The position numbers were made by a program, and so were the translations under genes. DNA of 64,000 bases from assembly GCF_041956535.1 (NCBI RefSeq), contig NW_027192198.1, forward strand, positions 779,311-843,310, read 5' to 3'. Within the stretch, counting starts at the first letter, position 1; each line of letters starts with the position of its first letter. The DNA is from Calcarisporiella thermophila CBS 279.70 (taxonomy: Eukaryota; Fungi; Calcarisporiellomycota). Positions 63,092-64,000 of this stretch are shown here, piece after piece. The notes beneath the pieces were generated by a model. That model had not been told where the DNA came from. It worked only from the letters and a program-made list of their open reading frames with translations, and searched no databases.

Positions 63092-64000
63092 TAGGGAAGA
63101 GGTATATCAGATACGAAATGTAAAAAAAAAAAGAGCGGGGAGGGGATTTTGACGGAACGATCGTCCTCACACTTCTCTTTCACTAAAACCTACGACATTT
63201 TTATTTTGTATTGCGGTCCTAGTTTTGAGGCGCAGAATTCATTGAGAAATATGCAATGGAGAAACGGATGTGAAAAAGGGCCGCAGTATATAGCAGAAAA
63301 AGAGCATGACGGCCGTTGCATCATAGAGCCAATCCCAGGAGCTCTAGTTTTCACGCAAAACAAACATAAGCCTAACGGCTAACCAGCATAGCCTGGAGTT
63401 CGTCACCTCTCTGCCTCCATGTTCCTACCTATTTCTTCTTCTCGGGAAGGTTTATTCCGAGTTAGCTAAAAACTAGAGATACGTATGGTACTAATTCTAA
63501 GAAAGCTGTGCACAAAAATATATAGTACGTGGACATAGATGATGGTCCAAATAAGCTGAGAAAAAAGTGAAAAAAGAAAATGTCGGCTTCAGTGACAACA
63601 TACAAGCAATTTGGCCATTTTTTATTTGAATTGTATCCTTTCTATTTGTGGAACCTACTTTTTTATAAAGAGGACTTCACTAAGATATGAAAGCAATGGA
63701 GAGGAAAGGGGCGTCTTGGACTTGAAGGAAACCTATGGGTTGCATTCCTCACTGCTGGGGCTGAAAAGTGCCGTATTATACCCTTCCATTGAAGCCCGAT
63801 CATGCTGGTCTATAGCTGGCCATACCTAACTATTGCTAACATCTGGTTTTTGGGCGTGGATGGCTTTTATTTCAACAACGTTTTTGCCAAGGAATTTTGA
63901 CGCCACCGACTCGGAGGAAGCACATACCGCTAGTGTAGCCGATGAAAACTTGAGAATGGGCTTCGGTTGCTTTCAAATAAAACAACTGGAAGAGATGAAA

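Noticed and set aside
63633-63640. GTATCCTT U12-type donor motif
   Set aside because: No supported host gene or U12 branch site nearby.

Overview
Gene-dense, intron-rich eukaryotic DNA with short (about 55-150 nt) GT-AG introns. The gene set looks fungal and most like an early-diverging lineage such as Mucoromycota; that assignment is inference. About 26 protein-coding genes can be reconstructed by hand-splicing: a GDS1/forkhead-like winged-helix protein, the N-terminal part of Tom1/HUWE1, NDUFA12, uricase, SPB1, UBC13, a bHLH factor, RPL26, a MOSC protein, a GPI-type Cys-rich protein, HEM1, a SABATH-like methyltransferase, CCT4, a metallothionein, COPZ, two tandem SDRs, ACS, RecQ, MRP17, an ADF-H+PH protein, HSP90, CDC42, a carnitine acyltransferase, a small secreted orphan and PRPS. 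There is also tRNA-Ala(AGC) and an adjacent tRNA-like Pol III element. The most striking observation is the Tom1/HUWE1 gene. It is intact over 12 exons (about 2340 aa) but stops cleanly in the acidic disordered linker, with no UBM/HECT half downstream, suggesting a naturally split giant E3 ligase or a HECT-less scaffold. No CRISPR arrays, rRNA or recognisable transposase/RT genes were seen. All exon boundaries are manual and unverified.
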